NCBI GenBank assembly: GCA_025999275.1
Contig: AP024680.1
Span: forward strand, 556,522-620,521
Reading direction: 5' to 3'
DNA length: 64,000 bases
From: Patescibacteria group bacterium
Lineage (GTDB): Bacteria > Patescibacteriota > Microgenomatia > UBA8517
Shown here: positions 29,682-39,926 of the stretch, piece by piece
How positions within the stretch are numbered: position 1 is the stretch's first letter
How the letters are laid out: each line of letters starts with the position of its first letter
Program-made: the position numbers and the translations under genes
Notes under the pieces: model-generated
The model's database searches: none
What the model was told of the DNA's origin: nothing
Seen by the model: only the letters and a program-made list of their open reading frames with translations

Positions 29682-30026
29682 TCAAATCTTTTTAACCCTT
29701 ACACCTTCATTTGAAGGAGTTATTCTCTCAGTAATATAACGGACCCCTTTTAACAACGATTCGTCTTCTTCTAACAAATCATCGTTAGGAGGAAAAAGAA
29801 TATCTCTCTCGTTGTCAAAATCTTCTCTACTCAAAATACCCAATTTTAGCTTCATGCGTAAACACCACCACTGATGTAATAGATTTTCGACCCTTTCGTC
29901 GGGAAACTCTTCAATACCAAGATGATCTAAAAGAGAATGCCTCCATTCAGACCAAAAAGGACCACCAAAGAGTTTCGCTTCTTCTTCATCAACAGGGCAA
30001 CAATGTCTTGTTATTTCTCTTGTCAT
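29682..30026 (-). CDS. Hypothetical protein
   Basis: 114-aa acidic ORF; no family recognised. Confidence 0.55.
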   Translation of the reverse strand: MTREITRHCCPVDEEEAKLFGGPFWSEWRHSLLDHLGIEEFPDERVENLLHQWWCLRMKLKLGILSREDFDNERDILFPPNDDLLEEDESLLKGVRYITERITPSNEGVRVKKI

Positions 30027-30086
30027 ACAAATATTGCCTTATTAGCAAATATTATAAAACACTTTGTCAAATCTTATAAGCTAATA

Positions 30087-32702
30087 TCAAATAACAGGAG
30101 TAGGGGAAGGGGTTAAATTAAAACCGGGGCTTTGAGTGGGGACAGGAGTACTTGGCACATAGTCCCAATTAACACCCACGCCTATTGTTATCTCTTTTTC
30201 TGACTGATGGCCATCTTTATCTTTCGCTTTCACCTTTAGCTTATGAACGCCATTATCCAAGTTAACAATAACATTATATGGTGGTTTATCAAAAGATTTA
30301 AAGATTTTGCCATCTATCTCAAGAGAAACATTTTTAATATCAGAGGTTGAATCAGCTAATAACATCACCTCAAAACTATTAGACAAATTAGAATCCTTGT
30401 CTTTAGGATTTTTAAAATCAACCATCAACGGATTTGAAGAACCACAATAATCAGTTGGCGGATGATATCTGGGATCGGTTTGGGTAGATAACCAATTTAA
30501 TATTGCCTCCTGCCATTTGTTTGGCCCGCCACCTGAGGTTGGATCTTCTTCCTTAAAAATAAAGTATTCTTTTTCCTCATAATTTCCACTCTCAATATCA
30601 GCTGGGGTTGCTATTTTACCATCTGTTTTACAAACTTTTAATTTAACATGGACAGGATCATCGCCGGGTTCAGTACCTTTAATAAAGATTTCAGGTCTTG
30701 AGGGAAAACCATCATGAGCTCTATAACCCGAAACAACATCCACATCCACAGTTTCAATCCCATCAGGCCGCTCAAAACCTATATTTGGTTTGCCTGAAAG
30801 AGATTCAAGCAATATCCTTCTCCAGATAGGAGATGCTCCCGAAACTCCTGAAGCCACTTGTTTCATCTCCGAATTATCATTGTTGCCAACCCAAACCCCA
30901 ACCATTACTTGAGTATTCCCTCCAATAGCCCAGTTATCTCTCTTATCATTAGTTGTTCCTGTTTTTACCATTACAGTCCTTCCAGGAATATTTAAAAGAG
31001 AATTAGGACCAAAGACATCTTTTCTAGCATCATTATCAGAAAGAATATTGGCCACTAGATAAGCAACCTGAGGGCTAATTACTGGATTTAGCTTTTTGGG
31101 TTTTACCTCTTCTAGAACTTTGCCATTTATATCCTCAACTTTCAAAATAGCTATCGGATTGACACGATAGCCCTGATTAACAAACGCGCAATAAGCTCCT
31201 GTCAACTCTAACAACCTTACCTCACCACCTCCCAATGTCAAAGAAAGGCCCAACTTGCTTAAAGTATCTTCTGATGGCTCAAGCGAATTAATACCCAAAT
31301 CATAAGCCAAACTCAGAACATTTTTAATTCCAACCATTGCTAATATCTTTACAGCCGGAATATTAAGAGAATTTCCCAAAGCATATCTGACCTGAACAGG
31401 ACCGCGATACTTACCATCATAATTAGCAGGTTTATAAGGTTTACCCCCCTGACCAGTCCCAAACTCAGTTGGAACATCCATTAAAAGGGTAGAAGGGGTA
31501 TAACCCTTCTTAAAAGCAGCTGCGTAAGTTATTGGTTTTATTGCAGATCCGGGCTGACGTAGAGAAAGAGTTACATTCACCTGACCATCATAATTTGGGT
31601 CAGAAAAGTTTTTAGAACCAACCATAGCCAAGATCTCTCCTGTCTCGGGATCTAAAACAACAGAAGCCCCATTTGTGATATTTAACTTCTCAACTTTAGA
31701 GATTTCTTCCTTAACAATACTTTCAGCTTTCTCTTGAAGTTTTAAATCAAGAGTCGTCGTAACACGCAAACCCCCATTCTCAACCACTTCTTGGCCATAC
31801 TTTTCCTCTAGTATCTTCTGTATATACTGAACAAAATGAGGAGCTTTAAAACCCACCTCTCTTGGTTTAAATGTAACATTGGGCAATTGATCTAAAGCCT
31901 CCTTCTCCTGTTCGGCAGTAATGTAACCATCCTCCCTCATTCTACGCAAGACTGCTTTGGTTCTTTCAATATAAGCTTTAGGCGTAGAAGAGTAGGGAGA
32001 ATAAACAGAAGGCCGTTGAGGAAGCCCAGCCAATATTGCTGATTCTACCAAATCAAGATCTTTAACTTTTTTGCCAAAATACATTTCAGAAGCCGTTTCC
32101 ACACCCCACGCTGTTCCTCCATAAGGAGCTTCGTTTAAGTACATCTGCAAGATCTGATCTTTCGTATATTTTCTCTCTATTTGAACTGCCAAGATAAACT
32201 CCCTGATCTTGCGAAAAATTGTCCTTTCAGAACTCAAGAGAGTGTTCTTTACCAGCTGTTGAGTTAAAGTTGAACCACCCTGAAGTTTGTGACGAAACAC
32301 AATATTAAAGATCGCTCGCAAATAGCCAGTGACATCAAATCCTTGGTGTTTGTAAAAATTCTTATCTTCGATTGCCACTGTCGCTTGTTTTAAATAAAGG
32401 GGGATATCTTCAAAAGCAACTGGCGTTCTTCTTTTGTCTTGAAATATGTCGTATAAAACTTCTCCATTCCTATCTAGAATCTTAGTAGAATAACCTTCTC
32501 GACGAACAACTTTATCAGGAGAGGGAAGATTAAAAGCAAAAAGAGGAATCAAAATCAAAAAGGCAATAAATAAGGCCAATAAAGAGAGGAAAGCAATTTT
32601 GGCAAAAAACAAAACCCTTCGACTTTTTTCAAGCCGTTGGGAACTAGAAACAGTAAAGCGCGAGATTTTTTTCCTCCTTAAAACTCTTTTCCAATTTGCC
32701 AT
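30087..32702 (-). CDS. Class A penicillin-binding protein (PBP1A family) with C-terminal Ig-like domain
   Basis: AIEDKNF, GGSTLTQQLVKN, RKIRE, SAIK, SLN, KTGT. ATG 32702. Confidence 0.95.
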   Translation of the reverse strand: MANWKRVLRRKKISRFTVSSSQRLEKSRRVLFFAKIAFLSLLALFIAFLILIPLFAFNLPSPDKVVRREGYSTKILDRNGEVLYDIFQDKRRTPVAFEDIPLYLKQATVAIEDKNFYKHQGFDVTGYLRAIFNIVFRHKLQGGSTLTQQLVKNTLLSSERTIFRKIREFILAVQIERKYTKDQILQMYLNEAPYGGTAWGVETASEMYFGKKVKDLDLVESAILAGLPQRPSVYSPYSSTPKAYIERTKAVLRRMREDGYITAEQEKEALDQLPNVTFKPREVGFKAPHFVQYIQKILEEKYGQEVVENGGLRVTTTLDLKLQEKAESIVKEEISKVEKLNITNGASVVLDPETGEILAMVGSKNFSDPNYDGQVNVTLSLRQPGSAIKPITYAAAFKKGYTPSTLLMDVPTEFGTGQGGKPYKPANYDGKYRGPVQVRYALGNSLNIPAVKILAMVGIKNVLSLAYDLGINSLEPSEDTLSKLGLSLTLGGGEVRLLELTGAYCAFVNQGYRVNPIAILKVEDINGKVLEEVKPKKLNPVISPQVAYLVANILSDNDARKDVFGPNSLLNIPGRTVMVKTGTTNDKRDNWAIGGNTQVMVGVWVGNNDNSEMKQVASGVSGASPIWRRILLESLSGKPNIGFERPDGIETVDVDVVSGYRAHDGFPSRPEIFIKGTEPGDDPVHVKLKVCKTDGKIATPADIESGNYEEKEYFIFKEEDPTSGGGPNKWQEAILNWLSTQTDPRYHPPTDYCGSSNPLMVDFKNPKDKDSNLSNSFEVMLLADSTSDIKNVSLEIDGKIFKSFDKPPYNVIVNLDNGVHKLKVKAKDKDGHQSEKEITIGVGVNWDYVPSTPVPTQSPGFNLTPSPTPVI

Positions 32703-32721
32703 CAAAATAATTCTAGCATAA

Positions 32722-32880
32722 AAAGTAGTAGCAAGTAGCAAGGATAAAGAAATTAAGAATTATTAGTTAAGAATTATGAATAATGAGATATGGAGTATGG
32801 GAAGATAATTCAAAATTCAAAATTCAGAATTCAAATTTAAAAATTAAAAGTATTCTTACAACTTCTGTCTTTTGAATCTT
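32722..32880. repeat. Modular 7-mer tandem repeat element R2
   Basis: AGTAGCA, TTAAGAATTATGAATAATGA, (AATTCAA)n. Confidence 0.8.
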
Positions 32881-32901
32881 AAACTATCCTTTTTACTGGA
32901 C

Positions 32902-32926
32902 CCTTTAAAGATTGAATCTTTAAAGG
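32902..32926. repeat. Perfect palindrome (REP-like or operator)
   Basis: CCTTTAAAGATT-G-AATCTTTAAAGG. Confidence 0.6.
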
Positions 32927-32980
32927 TGCAAACAAAACACAGCTCTTTACTCAAAATAAATTTGAGCTAAAATAGAACCA

Positions 32981-34123
32981 ATGAATGTAGAAGAAGTATT
33001 AACAAGAGGAGTAGAAGAAATATTACCTTCAAAAAAGGGCCTTGCTGATCTCATATCCAGAAGGAAGATTACCTTATACCAAGGCTTTGATCCAACAGCT
33101 GATTCTCTTCATATAGGACATTTAGCTGGAATCATGAAACTTAGGCAATTCCAAAAACTTGGCCACAAGGTAATTTTTCTAATCGGAGATTTTACCGCTC
33201 AAATAGGAGATCCCACCGGCAAAATTTCTGCGCGCAAAAAACTCACCAAAGAACAGGTTCAAAAAAATCTAAAAGGCTGGCTAAAAATAATCAGGCGTTT
33301 AATAGATTTCAAGGGTAAAAACAAAGCTATTATATCCTATAACTCCAAATGGAACGAAAAGATAACATTTGAGGATTTAATAGAAATAACAAGCAATTTC
33401 ACTGTTCAGCAAATGATAGAGCGTGACATGTTCCAAGAGAGAATAAAAATGGGTAATCCAATCTACCTCCATGAATTTTTATATCCAGTAGCTCAAGCCA
33501 TAGACAGTGTAAAGATGGGGGTAGATCTTGAAATAGGAGGAACTGACCAGCTTTTTAACATGTTGGCAGGTAGACAACTAGTAAAAGCGACAACAGGCAA
33601 AGAAAAATATGTGATGACACTAAAACTTTTGTCTGACAAAGAGGGGAAAAAAGTGGGCAAAACAGAAGGCAATGCAATTTTTCTTAATCAACCACCAGAA
33701 GATATATTTGGAGCAATAATGTCGTTCCCTGATCAAATACTAAAAACCGCTTTTGAACTCTTTACCGACCAGAATTTAGAGGCCTTAGAAAAGTCAATTA
33801 AGCAAGATCCAATGAGAGAAAAGAAAAGACTTGCATTTGAAATAACTAAGATAATCTACGGTGAAAGAAAAGCAGCAAATGCTCAAAAAATATTTGAAAA
33901 AAACTTTCAACAAAAAGCTCCCATTTATAATCTGAAAATCAAAAAGGGTAAAAATCTCTTAGAAACTGTCTCAAATGTTTTGAAAAGTAAATCCGAAGCC
34001 AAAAGACTTATCAACGCTGGTTCTGTTGATATTAACGAACAAACCGTTAAGAACTACTTAATCCCTGTAAGAAGTGGTGATAGAATAAAGATCGGCAAAA
34101 AGATATTTGCAATTGTAGAATAA
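32981..34123 (+). CDS. tyrS: Tyrosine--tRNA ligase
   Basis: GFDPT..HIGH, GDPTG, GGTDQ, KVGKT, S4 domain. Confidence 0.97.
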   Translation: MNVEEVLTRGVEEILPSKKGLADLISRRKITLYQGFDPTADSLHIGHLAGIMKLRQFQKLGHKVIFLIGDFTAQIGDPTGKISARKKLTKEQVQKNLKGWLKIIRRLIDFKGKNKAIISYNSKWNEKITFEDLIEITSNFTVQQMIERDMFQERIKMGNPIYLHEFLYPVAQAIDSVKMGVDLEIGGTDQLFNMLAGRQLVKATTGKEKYVMTLKLLSDKEGKKVGKTEGNAIFLNQPPEDIFGAIMSFPDQILKTAFELFTDQNLEALEKSIKQDPMREKKRLAFEITKIIYGERKAANAQKIFEKNFQQKAPIYNLKIKKGKNLLETVSNVLKSKSEAKRLINAGSVDINEQTVKNYLIPVRSGDRIKIGKKIFAIVE

Positions 34124-34233
34124 TGTTCAGAAAAAAACATCGCAAATTACTAGTGATTATTGTTCTTATTGCCATATTAGGACTTATTTTATCCTCAATC
34201 TTGCCACTTTTAATTTACAGCCAAAGGTTTTAA
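34123..34233 (+). CDS. Small membrane peptide (36 aa)
   Basis: MFRKKHRKLLVIIVLIAILGLILSSILPLL..; TAATG coupling to tyrS. Confidence 0.55.
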   Translation: MFRKKHRKLLVIIVLIAILGLILSSILPLLIYSQRF

Positions 34234-34237
34234 TAAA

Positions 34238-36244
34238 ATGGATTTAAACGATCCTGTTACAAAACTCCCTCTTGTGGGGCATCATTATTCTTCACTACTT
34301 GAAAAAGCTAATATTTCAACCGTTTACGATCTTCTTTTTTATATTCCTTATCGCTATCTTGACTTCAGCAAAGAAACAGAAATAGCCAAAGCAAAAATAG
34401 GCGATATCGTTACTATCTGTGGCAAAGTAGTTGAGATTAAAAATACATACACAAAAAGAGGACTGACAATCCAAACCGCCAAAGTTATTGATAAAACTGG
34501 AGCAATCAATATTATCTGGTTCAACCAACCTTACTTAGTTAATAATATTAAAAAAAACGAGATATATTCTTTCGCGGGAAAGATAACATTATTTAAAAAC
34601 AAAAAAACTATAGTCTCACCGGAATATGAGAAAAAAGAAAAAAGTGGAATCCACACAGGAAGACTAGTACCCCTTTATAGCAGCATCAAAGGAATAACTT
34701 CCAAATGGTTAAGATCAAGGATTAACCAGGCGCTTGAAATATATAAAGATAAAATAGAAGAAAAATTGCCAACTTCTACTCTTAGAAAGCTAGGGTATCC
34801 AAAAATAAATGACGCATTTTGGTATATACACCATCCTCAAAATGAAGAGGAAATTAAAAAGGGAAGGGAAAGGTTGGCTTTTGAAGAATTCTTAAAACTT
34901 CAGATTACAAGCCTAATAAAGAAAATAAACTGGCAAAAAAACAACACCGCTCCCATATTAAAAAACAATCAAGAAACAATCAAGTCTTTCCTAAAACTCA
35001 TTCCTTTCGAATTAACCAGAAGCCAAGAAAGAAGTGTTAAAGAAATAGCAACTGATCTAAACAATAAAATCCCAATGAATCGGCTTTTAGAAGGGGATGT
35101 TGGAAGTGGAAAAACTATTGTTGCGGCATTTGCTTGTTTTTTAGCAGTCAAAAACAAGAAAAAATCAGTCCTAATGGCACCAACTGAGATTTTGGCGAAA
35201 CAGCACTACAACACTTTCAAAAAAATATTTGAAAAAGAAAAAATTGGAATAGGATTGGCAACAGCCTCAGAAAAAAAGAATCTTGAAAACTCAGACATAA
35301 TTATTGGAACCCACGCTTTAATCTATAAAAGTGTCAATTTTGATAAAATTGGCCTTATTGTAATTGACGAACAACACAAATTTGGAGTTAAACAAAGAGC
35401 TTCTTTGGTTGAAAAGGTAAAAAAGGGAGAATATCAACCCCACATCTTGACTATGACAGCAACCCCAATTCCTAGAACTATAGCTCTTACTGCCTATGGA
35501 AATCTCGACCTATCTTTGCTTGAAGAAATGCCAAAAGGTAAAAGAAATGTTGTAACCTGGATTGTTCCAGAAGAAAAAAGAATCCCAGCCTACCTTTGGA
35601 TAAAAGAAAAAATAGAAAAGGAAAGAGAACAGGTTTTTGTTGTTTGTCCATTAATTGAAGAGTCGGAAAAAGAAAGTATGAAGCAGATTAAAGCAGCAGA
35701 ATCTGAATATATAAAACTGAAAGAAATATTTAAGAACCAAAAAATAGGCCTTCTTCATGGAAAATTAAAAACTAAAGAAAAGGATGAAATAATTCAAAAA
35801 TACAAAAACGGAGAGATTAGTATATTAGTATCAACACCCGTTGTGGAAGTAGGAATTGATGTCCCTAATGCAAACATAATGATAATCGAGGCAGCAGATA
35901 GATTTGGATTGGCACAACTTCATCAACTAAGAGGAAGGGTGGGAAGAGGGGAAAAGAAGGGTTATTGTCTACTTTTTAGTGAAAGCCAGTCTAAAAAGGC
36001 CTACAAAAGGCTAGAGGCACTAAGAAAAGAGTCTTCGGGATTCAAATTAGCAGAGATTGACTTATCACTAAGGGGACCTGGTGAGGTTTGGGGAACAAAA
36101 CAACATGGCTTTCCAGAACTTAAAGTAGCTAAATGGTCAGACACGGAAATAATCAAAAAGGCAAGAGAGACTGCTGAAGAAATATTATCTAACAAAAATA
36201 AATATAAAAAGATAATATCAGAGTGGGAAAGCAAAATCGTTTAG
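34238..36244 (+). CDS. recG: ATP-dependent DNA helicase RecG
   Basis: MNRLLEGDVGSGKT, DEQHKFG, MTATPIPRT, QLRGRVGR. Confidence 0.98.
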   Translation: MDLNDPVTKLPLVGHHYSSLLEKANISTVYDLLFYIPYRYLDFSKETEIAKAKIGDIVTICGKVVEIKNTYTKRGLTIQTAKVIDKTGAINIIWFNQPYLVNNIKKNEIYSFAGKITLFKNKKTIVSPEYEKKEKSGIHTGRLVPLYSSIKGITSKWLRSRINQALEIYKDKIEEKLPTSTLRKLGYPKINDAFWYIHHPQNEEEIKKGRERLAFEEFLKLQITSLIKKINWQKNNTAPILKNNQETIKSFLKLIPFELTRSQERSVKEIATDLNNKIPMNRLLEGDVGSGKTIVAAFACFLAVKNKKKSVLMAPTEILAKQHYNTFKKIFEKEKIGIGLATASEKKNLENSDIIIGTHALIYKSVNFDKIGLIVIDEQHKFGVKQRASLVEKVKKGEYQPHILTMTATPIPRTIALTAYGNLDLSLLEEMPKGKRNVVTWIVPEEKRIPAYLWIKEKIEKEREQVFVVCPLIEESEKESMKQIKAAESEYIKLKEIFKNQKIGLLHGKLKTKEKDEIIQKYKNGEISILVSTPVVEVGIDVPNANIMIIEAADRFGLAQLHQLRGRVGRGEKKGYCLLFSESQSKKAYKRLEALRKESSGFKLAEIDLSLRGPGEVWGTKQHGFPELKVAKWSDTEIIKKARETAEEILSNKNKYKKIISEWESKIV

Positions 36245-36249
36245 AAACC

Positions 36250-36685
36250 ACAAATTCAATTAAAAATTAAAGTGAAAAATCCAAAGTTAACTCAAACAAT
36301 TAAGTTGCTAGATGCCCTCCAATAGAGCAACCAGCTTGTCCCCAGTAGATAGTATAGAAATTTTAAACTCTAAATCTTCCCTTACTACTTACTACTTACT
36401 CCTGTTTTCAATCTTCCCATAATTCATGCCCCATTATCCATAATTCATAAACCATAAATCTTAAATCTTGATCCCTTTCTCACTCGCTACTTTCTGCCTG
36501 CTATTTATTTGCCACAGTCTTTAATTTTTAACTTTGAATTTTGAACTTTGAACTCTTATCCTAAAAAACAATATTCTATTGCCTCTAACTACCACAAGCC
36601 AAAAGTCAATCCTTAACTGTTAATCGCCAATTGTTAATCGTTAATTGTTAACCGTTAATTGTTAATTGTTAGATGTTAATTGTCA
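36250..36685. repeat. Modular 7-mer tandem repeat element R3
   Basis: CTTACTA, CATAATT/TAAATCT and TTTTGAA modules, plus ~10 TTAATTG-like units (36613-36684). Confidence 0.85.
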
Positions 36686-36731
36686 TCTTCCTGTTGCATT
36701 AATATAATATTTAAGAGTAAAATATAAGCCT

Positions 36732-36893
36732 ATGACACCGTTACCAAAGAGAAAGCACACAAGAAGTAGAAGTGGAAAAAGGCGAAACAGCCAGTCTAAT
36801 CGATTTCTTTTGCCAAACCTTGTTGTTTGCCCTAACTGCAAAAAATTAAAACTGCCACACAAGCTTTGTGGAAATTGCCAAATGTATAGTTAA
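36732..36893 (+). CDS. rpmF: 50S ribosomal protein L32, absent from the ORF track
   Basis: [31 protein letters not shown]. Confidence 0.95.
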   Translation: MTPLPKRKHTRSRSGKRRNSQSNRFLLPNLVVCPNCKKLKLPHKLCGNCQMYS

Positions 36894-36895
36894 GG

Positions 36896-37258
36896 ATGAA
36901 ATCTCCAAAAGATCCAAGGCATCAAAAAAGAAGAGAAATTGTAAAACTTATATTTGCTGAAGAATTTGCCCACCAACAAAATATTAACAAAATTGTTAAA
37001 GAGATTCTTGACAAAAAAGAAGAAATTGATAAATTGATTAGCGAGGGAGCACCTCTATGGCCAATCGAAAAGCTCAATAAAATAGATTTGGCTATTTTAA
37101 GATTGGCTGTATGGGAGTTATTAAAAAAAGACGCCCCGCCAAAAGTAATAATAGACGAGGCCATTGAACTTGCTAAGGAGTTTGGAAGCGAAAATTCTCC
37201 CGCTTTTGTAAATGGTGTTCTTGGTTTCATATATCAAAAGTTAGAAAATAAAAATTAA
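36896..37258 (+). CDS. nusB: Transcription antitermination factor NusB
   Basis: [36 protein letters not shown]. Confidence 0.95.
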   Translation: MKSPKDPRHQKRREIVKLIFAEEFAHQQNINKIVKEILDKKEEIDKLISEGAPLWPIEKLNKIDLAILRLAVWELLKKDAPPKVIIDEAIELAKEFGSENSPAFVNGVLGFIYQKLENKN

Positions 37259-37260
37259 CT

Positions 37261-37518
37261 ATGGAAAAGGATGACAAAAAATTTAAAAAATACTTAGAAA
37301 TAACTAGAAAGGTTCTTTCCCAAATATTGGGAACAGACTCTGTTGATATCCAACTTGAAGATTCGTTCACTGAAGATCTTCACATGGGGCCTACCGAAAT
37401 TGCCGATTTCATTCAACTAATGAACGACAATGGTTTTAGCTTAGATGATCTTGATCTTGAGGAGATAGATACTGTAGAAGAATTTGTCGATTATCTTGTT
37501 AACAATGAAGAAGTTTGA
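37261..37518 (+). CDS. Acyl carrier protein-like protein lacking the conserved Ser
   Basis: Acidic 85 aa; SFTEDLHMGPTEI aligns to SFxEDLGADSLD; EIDTVEEFVDYL; lies upstream of rnc. Confidence 0.75.
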   Translation: MEKDDKKFKKYLEITRKVLSQILGTDSVDIQLEDSFTEDLHMGPTEIADFIQLMNDNGFSLDDLDLEEIDTVEEFVDYLVNNEEV

Positions 37519-38179
37519 AGATTTTAAATTAATAAAAGATAATTTCAAAAATCCTAAAATCATAGAGGAGGCTTTAACACACCGTTCTTGGGTAAATGAA
37601 CACCCTGGTATAAGAGACAATAATGAAAGATTAGAATTTCTAGGAGACGCCATACTTGAATTTGTAGTCTCAAAAGAGCTGTTTCTAAAGTTTCCATCTA
37701 AAAAGGAAGGTTTTCTAACCACACTAAGAGCCAACCTTGTTAACACTTCAAGTCTAGCTCAAACTGCAAATAGTTTAGGTTTAGGTAAAGAATTATTTCT
37801 GTCCAAAGGAGAAGAAGAAACAGGGGGAAGAAAAAACCCTTCTCTTTTGGCCAATACATTAGAGGCCATTATAGGAGCATTATTTATTGATCAAGGTCTC
37901 TCAAAAGCCGAAGAATTTATACAAAAAAATATACTCAACAAAACCAAAGAAATGATAAAACAACCACTAAAAGACCCCAAAAGCAGGCTTCAGGAAAAAA
38001 TCCAGGCACAAGGATTGCCAGCACCAAAATACACTGTAATTAAAGAATCAGGTCCCGACCATCAAAAAACATTTGTAGTTAAAGCAACAATTAACGGTAA
38101 AGATCTAGCCCAAGGAAAAGGGAGAAGTAAATCTGAAGCTGAACAAAACGCAGCTAAAGAAGCGCTAAAGGGGTTGTAA
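37505..38179 (+). CDS. rnc: Ribonuclease III
   Basis: ALTHRS, NERLEFLGDA, dsRBD DPKSRLQE..GPDH. Confidence 0.97.
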   Translation: MKKFEDFKLIKDNFKNPKIIEEALTHRSWVNEHPGIRDNNERLEFLGDAILEFVVSKELFLKFPSKKEGFLTTLRANLVNTSSLAQTANSLGLGKELFLSKGEEETGGRKNPSLLANTLEAIIGALFIDQGLSKAEEFIQKNILNKTKEMIKQPLKDPKSRLQEKIQAQGLPAPKYTVIKESGPDHQKTFVVKATINGKDLAQGKGRSKSEAEQNAAKEALKGL

Positions 38180-38211
38180 TAATAAACCAAATAGATTAAA
38201 ATTAAAGCCTT

Positions 38212-38433
38212 ATGATTAAAATCAGACTTTCAAGAGTAGGAAAAAACAACAACCCATTTTATAGAATTGTTGCTATAGAAGAAACCAAAAAGAGAGAGGG
38301 AAAAGCTAATAATGTAATAGGGTTCTGGAACCCAAAAGAAAATAAAATTGAAATTAATAAAGAAAAACTCGATAAGTGGTTAAAAATGGGAGCTGTTTTA
38401 AATCAATCAGTTAAAAAATTGCTCGAAATTTAA
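38212..38433 (+). CDS. rpsP: 30S ribosomal protein S16
   Basis: MIKIRLSRVGK..PFYRIVA. Confidence 0.95.
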   Translation: MIKIRLSRVGKNNNPFYRIVAIEETKKREGKANNVIGFWNPKENKIEINKEKLDKWLKMGAVLNQSVKKLLEI

Positions 38434-38438
38434 TTATT

Positions 38439-38669
38439 ATGGAAGAATTGCTTAAATTCATAATTTCTTCTATCCTACCAGGTAAGGAAATTCCTATAAC
38501 CAAAGAGGAAACCGAAGATGGCTTAATTACTTTTCTAGTTAAACCCAAAGAAGAAGACGCTGGAATTCTAATAGGAAAAGATGGTAAAGTTATTAAAGCA
38601 ATCAGTCAAATCTTAAAAATAAAAGCTACTTTAAACAAGAAAAAAGTAATCATAAAAGTCGTTTCATAA
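38439..38669 (+). CDS. khpA: KH-domain RNA-binding protein KhpA
   Basis: GILIGKDGKVIKAI; follows rpsP. Confidence 0.85.
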   Translation: MEELLKFIISSILPGKEIPITKEETEDGLITFLVKPKEEDAGILIGKDGKVIKAISQILKIKATLNKKKVIIKVVS

Positions 38670-38683
38670 AACACTAAATTCCC

Positions 38684-39400
38684 CTAAAGAGCTGAAGAGA
38701 ATGGATTATCCCTTTGGAAAGGTCCGTTGGGAGAAGGATTTGAGACTTCTGGCTTTTTGAAATTTCCTAAATCGATTAATAAGTTTCGTTCTGAATCAGT
38801 AATCTTTTGAATTGGAGAATCTGTCTGAATCTTAGCTGCAAAGGGACTCCAAAAAGAATTAATTGTTATTTCAGCTAAAACAACATCACCTTCTGGAGAA
38901 AAACTCAATTTACTTACAGACATAAGCGGCAAGGTGTTCTCCACCTCCTTTAAGAAAGAAATTATTTGATCAAAGTTACCAACTACGCTTAAATTAAAAC
39001 TTGAAGTATTCACCACCGTTTTATCATCCCCTTCTGCACCAACCCTAACACTATATTCATCAAGTGGTAGAAGGTAAAAATTAAGAAGTAATCTTAATTG
39101 AGAAAAAGACAGTAAAACCGGATTTTCTTCAGGTAAAGCAATACTTACTGGATCATAGAAAATACCTACAATTTCAGATTTGGCCCTTAAAAGCTCCTTT
39201 TCTTTATCAGCCAAAATTGCCTCTTTTGCCTTAATATCAGCCAGGGTATTTCTTTGTTCTGAAATTTTAGAAAGACCAACTTTAATTACTGTTCCAAAAA
39301 GAAAAATAATAATTAAGAAATACAAAGATGGAAAAAGCGAAGAAGTTCTTCTTAAATTAGATAAATTTGTTACAACATCATTCTCTTTAATCTTTATCAT
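38684..39400 (-). CDS. pilO: PilO-like type IV pilus alignment protein
   Basis: TM, coiled coil, G.FDQII.FL..VE..LP; position after pilM-pilN. Confidence 0.7.
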   Translation of the reverse strand: MIKIKENDVVTNLSNLRRTSSLFPSLYFLIIIFLFGTVIKVGLSKISEQRNTLADIKAKEAILADKEKELLRAKSEIVGIFYDPVSIALPEENPVLLSFSQLRLLLNFYLLPLDEYSVRVGAEGDDKTVVNTSSFNLSVVGNFDQIISFLKEVENTLPLMSVSKLSFSPEGDVVLAEITINSFWSPFAAKIQTDSPIQKITDSERNLLIDLGNFKKPEVSNPSPNGPFQRDNPFSSAL

Positions 39401-39403
39401 ATT

Positions 39404-39925
39404 TTATTCAAGTTTTACTTCCAATTGATAACCTTTTTGAGGAGTAAATCCTAAAGAATTAATAACCCCCTTTTCATAAGATTTAATTTCTTGAATAGCT
39501 GAAAGCAGTCTTTCTAAATCAGAGTATGTTAAAACTGTTGCTGAAAATAAAAACTTACCTTGGTTAAATTCAACATCATCAAGGCTAACCCCATTAACTG
39601 ATTTTAGAATTGTATTAAACTCTTCTAGTCTTTCTACTAACTGTCTTGATTGTAATATCTCACTTGATTTGCGCACTCTATCCTTAATAAAGACATACTG
39701 AGATTCAACTTGAGAAAGAGCCTTTATCTTATTTCTATACTCTTCTTGCCGAGCCTTAGCCTGATTAATAGCATTTTGGTTCAAAACAATTAACGCCACG
39801 AAAACAAGAGTGATAATGAAAAATAATACTGTTACCACCAGATTTATACTCCTAAAAGCTTGTTCAAAGCTATACCAGCTAATTTTTTGTGACTTACCAG
39901 AAGGATAAAGGTTTATTTCAGCCAT
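39404..39925 (-). CDS. pilN: PilN-like protein
   Basis: EINLYP motif, TM, coiled coil. Confidence 0.75.
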   Translation of the reverse strand: MAEINLYPSGKSQKISWYSFEQAFRSINLVVTVLFFIITLVFVALIVLNQNAINQAKARQEEYRNKIKALSQVESQYVFIKDRVRKSSEILQSRQLVERLEEFNTILKSVNGVSLDDVEFNQGKFLFSATVLTYSDLERLLSAIQEIKSYEKGVINSLGFTPQKGYQLEVKLE

Positions 39926-39926
39926 T

